Shown: piece after piece, positions 61,812 through 64,000 of the stretch
How positions within the stretch are numbered: the stretch's first letter is position 1
How the letters are laid out: each line of letters begins with the position of its first letter
Assembly: GCA_030390025.1 (NCBI GenBank)
Contig: CM059432.1
Location: 120,840,001-120,904,000, forward strand
Length of the DNA: 64,000 bases
Source: Squalus acanthias
Taxonomy: Eukaryota
Direction: 5' to 3'
Program-made: the position numbers and the translations under genes
Notes under the pieces: model-generated
Database searches by the model: none
The model's input: the letters and a program-made list of their open reading frames with translations, nothing else
Told to the model about the DNA's origin: nothing

Positions 61812-62696
61812 TCAAGAAATCCATCCCGGTTTGTACTGGTCCCACCTCCCCCAGAACCGGTTCCAATGTCCCAGGAATTTGAATCCCTCCCCCTTGCACC
61901 AGTCCTCTAGCCACGTATTCATTTGAAATATCCTCCTATTTCTACTCTGACTAGCACGTGGCACTGGTAGCAATCCTGAGATTACTACCTTTGAGGTCCT
62001 ATTTTTAAATTTACCTCCTAACTCCCTATATTCTGCTTTTAGGACCTCATCCCCTTTTTTACCTATATCGTTGGTTCCTACGTGCACCACGACAGCTGGC
62101 TGTTCGCCCTCCCCCTCCAAAATGTTCTGTTGCCGCTCCGAGACGTCCTTGACCCTTGCATCAGGGAGGCAACACACCATCCTGGAGTCTCGGTTGCGGC
62201 CGCAGAAACGCCTATCTATTCCCCTTACAATTGAGTCCCCTATTACTATAGCTCTTCCACTCTGTTTCCTCCCAGCCTGTGCAGCAGAGCCACCCATGGT
62301 GCCAGGAGGTTGGCTGCTGCTGCCTTCCCCTGATAAGTCATCCCCCCCAACAGTATTCAAAGTGATATATCTGTTTGAGAGGGGGATGTCCACAGGGGAC
62401 CCCTGCACTACCTGCCTGCACCTCTTACTCTGCCTGGTGGTCACCCATTTACTTCCTGCCTGTCCACCCTTTGCCTGCGGTGTGACCAACTCGCTAAACG
62501 TGCTATTCACGAGGTTCTCAGCATCACGAATGCTCCAATACGCATCCAATTGCAGCTCCAGCGCCGTAATGCGGTCTGCCAGTAGCTGTAGCTGGATACA
62601 CTTCCCGCACACATGGTTGTCAAGGACACCGGAAGGGTCCCTGATTTCCCACATAGCACAGGAGGAGCATACCACGGGGCCGAGCTCTCCTGCCAT
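61812..62696 (-). CDS. CR1 ORF1 (CxxC..CxxC Zn finger, leucine zipper, SGNH esterase), C-terminally truncated
   Basis: CSSC..CGKC, LADRITALELQL, IGDSIVRG and VHVGTND; the terminal DxxH block is lost at the deletion junction. Confidence 0.9.
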   Translation of the reverse strand: MAGELGPVVCSSCAMWEIRDPSGVLDNHVCGKCIQLQLLADRITALELQLDAYWSIRDAENLVNSTFSELVTPQAKGGQAGSKWVTTRQSKRCRQVVQGSPVDIPLSNRYITLNTVGGDDLSGEGSSSQPPGTMGGSAAQAGRKQSGRAIVIGDSIVRGIDRRFCGRNRDSRMVCCLPDARVKDVSERQQNILEGEGEQPAVVVHVGTNDIGKKGDEVLKAEYRELGGKFKNRTSKVVISGLLPVPRASQSRNRRIFQMNTWLEDWCKGEGFKFLGHWNRFWGRWDQYKPGWIS

Positions 62697-62954
62697 GACT
62701 TACCCTTTAATTAATTCAAATTAAATTAAAACAAATCAATCCCACCAATTGCACTACAGTTAAATGATATACTTAAGGGCCCTGGTTTACCAACAGTCCC
62801 CGCTACACCACAGAGAGCTTAGAAACTATAAACCACAGAGTTTAAGTTTAAAAAGAGAGAAATACTCACCAACCAATCACATACCTGCTTTCTGGTGACG
62901 TCACACTTCGATTACTTTTTACTTCTCTCCTTCCGAGCTCGGAGATTGGTAAAC

Positions 62955-63080
62955 CTACCTGGTCTCTGCCGCCTCTTAAACCTCGCCGCCGCCACCTGGT
63001 TTCCCGCAGGTCTGCCGCCGCTCTGAGGTCTACCTGGTCTCTGCCGCCTCTTAAACCTCGCTGCCGCCGCCTGGTTCCCC
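62955..63080 (-). repeat. Tandem ~75-bp monomers in CR1 5'UTR
   Basis: CTACCTGGTCTCTGCCGCCTCTTAAACCTCGC occurs at ~62955 and ~63029. Confidence 0.85.
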
Positions 63081-63225
63081 ATAGGTCCACATTTCATGCT
63101 GTCAACTAATCAGCTGGATCAATGGTACTCAACTCCCGCCTCAGGTTGACAGATGTGGATCCCGAGCTGCGTGAATCCTGTGGGCAGCCAGGGAAATTTG
63201 AAAGGTAGGGTTAAAAAGGTGCTTA

Positions 63226-64000
63226 CATTACATAGGATTACATAGGATTACACAGGATATATGGCACAGAAACAGGCCATTCGGCCCAACCAGTCCATGC
63301 CGGCATTTATGCTCCACATGAGTCTGCTCCCGTCTTTCCTCATCTAAATCTATCAGAATAACCCTCTGATCCCTTTTCCCTCATATACTTGTCCAGCCTC
63401 CCCTTAAATGCATCAATACTATTCGCTTCAACCACTCCCTGTGGTGGCGAGTTCCACATTCTCACCACTCTTTGGGTAAAGAAGTTTCTTCTGAATTCCC
63501 TATTGGATTTCTTGGTGACTATCTTATATTGATGGCCTCTAGTTATGCCCTTCCCCACAAGTGGAAACACTCTCTCTGTATCCACCCTATCAAACTTTTT
63601 CATAATTTTAAAGACCTCTATTAGGTCACCTCTCAGTCTTCTTTTTTTCAAGAGATAAGAGACCCAGACTGTTCATCCTTTCCTGATATGTATACCTTCG
63701 CATTGCTGGTATCATCCCTGTAAATCTTCTCCACACCCTCTCCAGTGCCTCTATATCCTTTTTATAATATGGCGACCAAAACTGTACGCAGTACTCTAAG
63801 TGTCGTCTAACCAAGGTTCGATACAGGTTTAGCATAACATCCCTACTTTTCAATTCTATCCCTCTAGAAATAAACCCTAGTGCTTGGTTTGCTTTTTTAT
63901 GACCTTGCTAACCTGTGTTGCAACTATTAGTGATTTATGTATTTGTACTCCTAGATCCCTTTGTACCTCTACCCCACCTAGACTCACACCCTCCAAGTGA
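63226..64000 (-). mobile_element. CR1 LINE 3' part, runs off the window
   Basis: KSRDVMLNLYRTLVRRHLEYCVQFW, RLRGDLIEVFK, FFTQRVV; (ATTACATAGG)n tail. Confidence 0.93.

Larger units (their letters stand above)
59311..63090 (-). mobile_element. Young CR1 LINE with 5'UTR and an internal ORF1-end/endonuclease deletion
   Basis: 5'UTR repeats, ORF1, uninterrupted RT ORF, (AAGAACAT)n tail. Confidence 0.95.
56383..63225 (+). mobile_element. Two-gene PIF/Harbinger transposon with nested CR1; right TIR not reached in window
   Basis: GGCCGGAATTT left end homologous to the 11506 end; 63091-63225 matches the reverse complement of ~9960-10090. Confidence 0.85.

Noticed and set aside
62071..62724. 217-aa plus-strand ORF (and similar antisense ORFs over CR1 and Harbinger genes)
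   Set aside because: Antisense shadow of CR1 ORF1 with no independent features

Overview
Eukaryotic DNA dominated by transposable elements, almost certainly from a cartilaginous fish (HE1-type V-SINEs, SacSINE1/Deu-type SINEs, CR1 LINEs with esterase ORF1). The only host-gene signal is three phase-compatible plus-strand exons (6831-6885, 12314-12458, 19183-19241) that encode the C-terminus of a protein I cannot name. The rest is a nested TE landscape: (1) four two-gene PIF/Harbinger transposons, each with a spliced Myb/SANT gene (retaining a coiled-coil exon in three copies) convergent on a DDE transposase, plus many deletion derivatives and MITEs; (2) two near full-length CR1 LINEs that share 5'UTR and ORF2 but have divergent ORF1s; (3) Penelope-like remnants and short hammerhead-ribozyme-bearing pLTR insertions with ~12-15 bp TSDs, some palindromic; (4) an ERV-like remnant with a PPT and an env-like transmembrane fragment, and a 194-bp solo LTR. 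All family calls come from motif recognition by eye, not database searches. Boundaries without TIR/TSD support are approximate.
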